A stretch of DNA of 63,992 nt, the filler included, from Basidioascus undulatus (Eukaryota), in the NCBI GenBank assembly GCA_000826855.1. It is 4 parts of 4 records of this genome, joined end to end, with 100 filler letters (N's around TTAATTAATTAA, not from the genome) between each part and the next. Parts side by side here need not be neighbours in the genome. Positions count along the whole stretch, not along the records: positions 48,187 to 63,992 come from JTLS01000624.1; 3 more parts are not named here. One strand, given 5' to 3'. Shown piece after piece: positions 62,993 through 63,992 of the stretch. The notes beneath the pieces were generated by a model that made no database searches, was not told the DNA's origin, and worked only from the letters and a program-made list of their open reading frames with translations. Position 1 is the first letter of the stretch. Every line of letters begins with the position of its first letter. The position numbers and the translations under genes were made by a program.

Positions 62993-63992
62993 TCACCCAA
63001 TGCCATGCCACCGACCGACTATCTCAGTACGCGACCCCGAGCCCAACCTCATGCTGCACGACGACCTTGCGCCCCGCGCCAATCTCCACCTCGCCCTCGT
63101 CGATCTCGTCGTCGACGTCATACGCCCAGAGTGCTGCACGTCCGTCCCAGTATCAGTATCATACTCTTTCCGAACAGATGGGAGAAGGGTAGTGGCAAGG
63201 AAAGAGAGCCAGAGAAGACTCACAAGACGCAGAGGAAGACTGGCTCATCGTCCCGCTCGCCGCCCGGGGACTCGGAGGGGGGCTCCACCTCCTCCACCCA
63301 ACAAAGCGGGGCGTCCCTTCGTCCTCCTCGCGCTCGTCGTCCGCCGCCTCGCCGAACGCGACGAGGTCAAGCTCCGACGTGCTGGCCTTGATGAGCGACA
63401 AGCGGAAGTCGAGCGGGCGAGTGTCGAGCGAGAGGTGCGGGAGGACGGGGACGGATGGGGAGGGTGCAGGCGCGAAGGAGCAGTCATCGAGGCCCTCTTC
63501 GGAGAGGGAGCGGATGAGGTCGTTGAGCTCGACGTCGCACGACGCGTCGGAGAAGGCGTGCGAGGAGACGGAGGTGAGGGAGGTGAGGGAGGAGGACTGG
63601 CTCATCCCTGACGCAGAGGAGGAGGAGGAGAAGGTGGTTGAGGGGTCGGAGGCGGAGGTCGAGGTGGATGAGGAGGGCGTGATGGTTTCGTGTGACCCGC
63701 GGCGGTCGAACGAGAGGTCGACGAGGTCGTGGTCGTGGTCGAGGTTGATGGACGTGTCGAACGACATGTGCGTGACGGGCGGGGAGTGCTGGGGCACTTC
63801 GACGGCGGGGAACATGCCCATTCTGGCGGCGGAAGTGGACATGTCCTGCTCGCGCTCCTTCTTCTTGAGCCCGGCAAGAATCGCCTCGACCGTATCGCGG
63901 TCCTCCCGCGCCTCGTGCTCGTCCTGCGCCGGCGCCCACTCGGCCCCGTCCCCATCAATCACCGGGCTGGGGGGGACGATGTTGACTGTGGG
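62993..63992 (-). CDS. 3' part of a Ser-rich low-complexity hypothetical protein; start outside the window
   Basis: 267-aa ORF with GC3-rich codons, a probable intron at ~63140-63222 and a short last exon. Confidence 0.5.

Overview
Intron-rich, GC-rich fungal genomic DNA, most consistent with a basidiomycete (GT-AG introns with CTRAC-type branch points, a fungal LYS2, a beta-flanking-like gene). The window is not one locus. It holds four unrelated contigs of about 16 kb (1-15969, 16070-32028, 32129-48086, 48187-end) joined by artificial 100-nt N44-TTAATTAATTAA-N44 spacers, and contig 3 starts with an Illumina adapter remnant. Apparently intact genes: Fe-ADH/maleylacetate-reductase-like, Gfo/Idh/MocA dehydrogenase, beta-flanking-like protein, RanGAP, purine-cytosine permease plus cytosine deaminase (divergent pair), most of PRP16, a BTB protein, LYS2, a Vps62-like protein, a signal-peptide-bearing aldo-keto reductase, a GFA protein, phenol 2-monooxygenase and a HECT E3 ligase. 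Several broken genes lie between them, including a frameshifted copy of the normally essential PRP43, a carboxylesterase, F-box-like genes and a DUF1996 gene. I found no clear new multi-gene system. The best leads are the codBA-like FCY2/FCY1 pair, the dense pseudogenisation, the secreted pseudo-AKR, the PRP16/BTB head-to-head junction, three GC-AG introns in one gene and an isolated tRNA-Leu 5' half. Gene coordinates are manually inferred start-to-stop spans including introns, and family calls come from motif recognition, not database searches.
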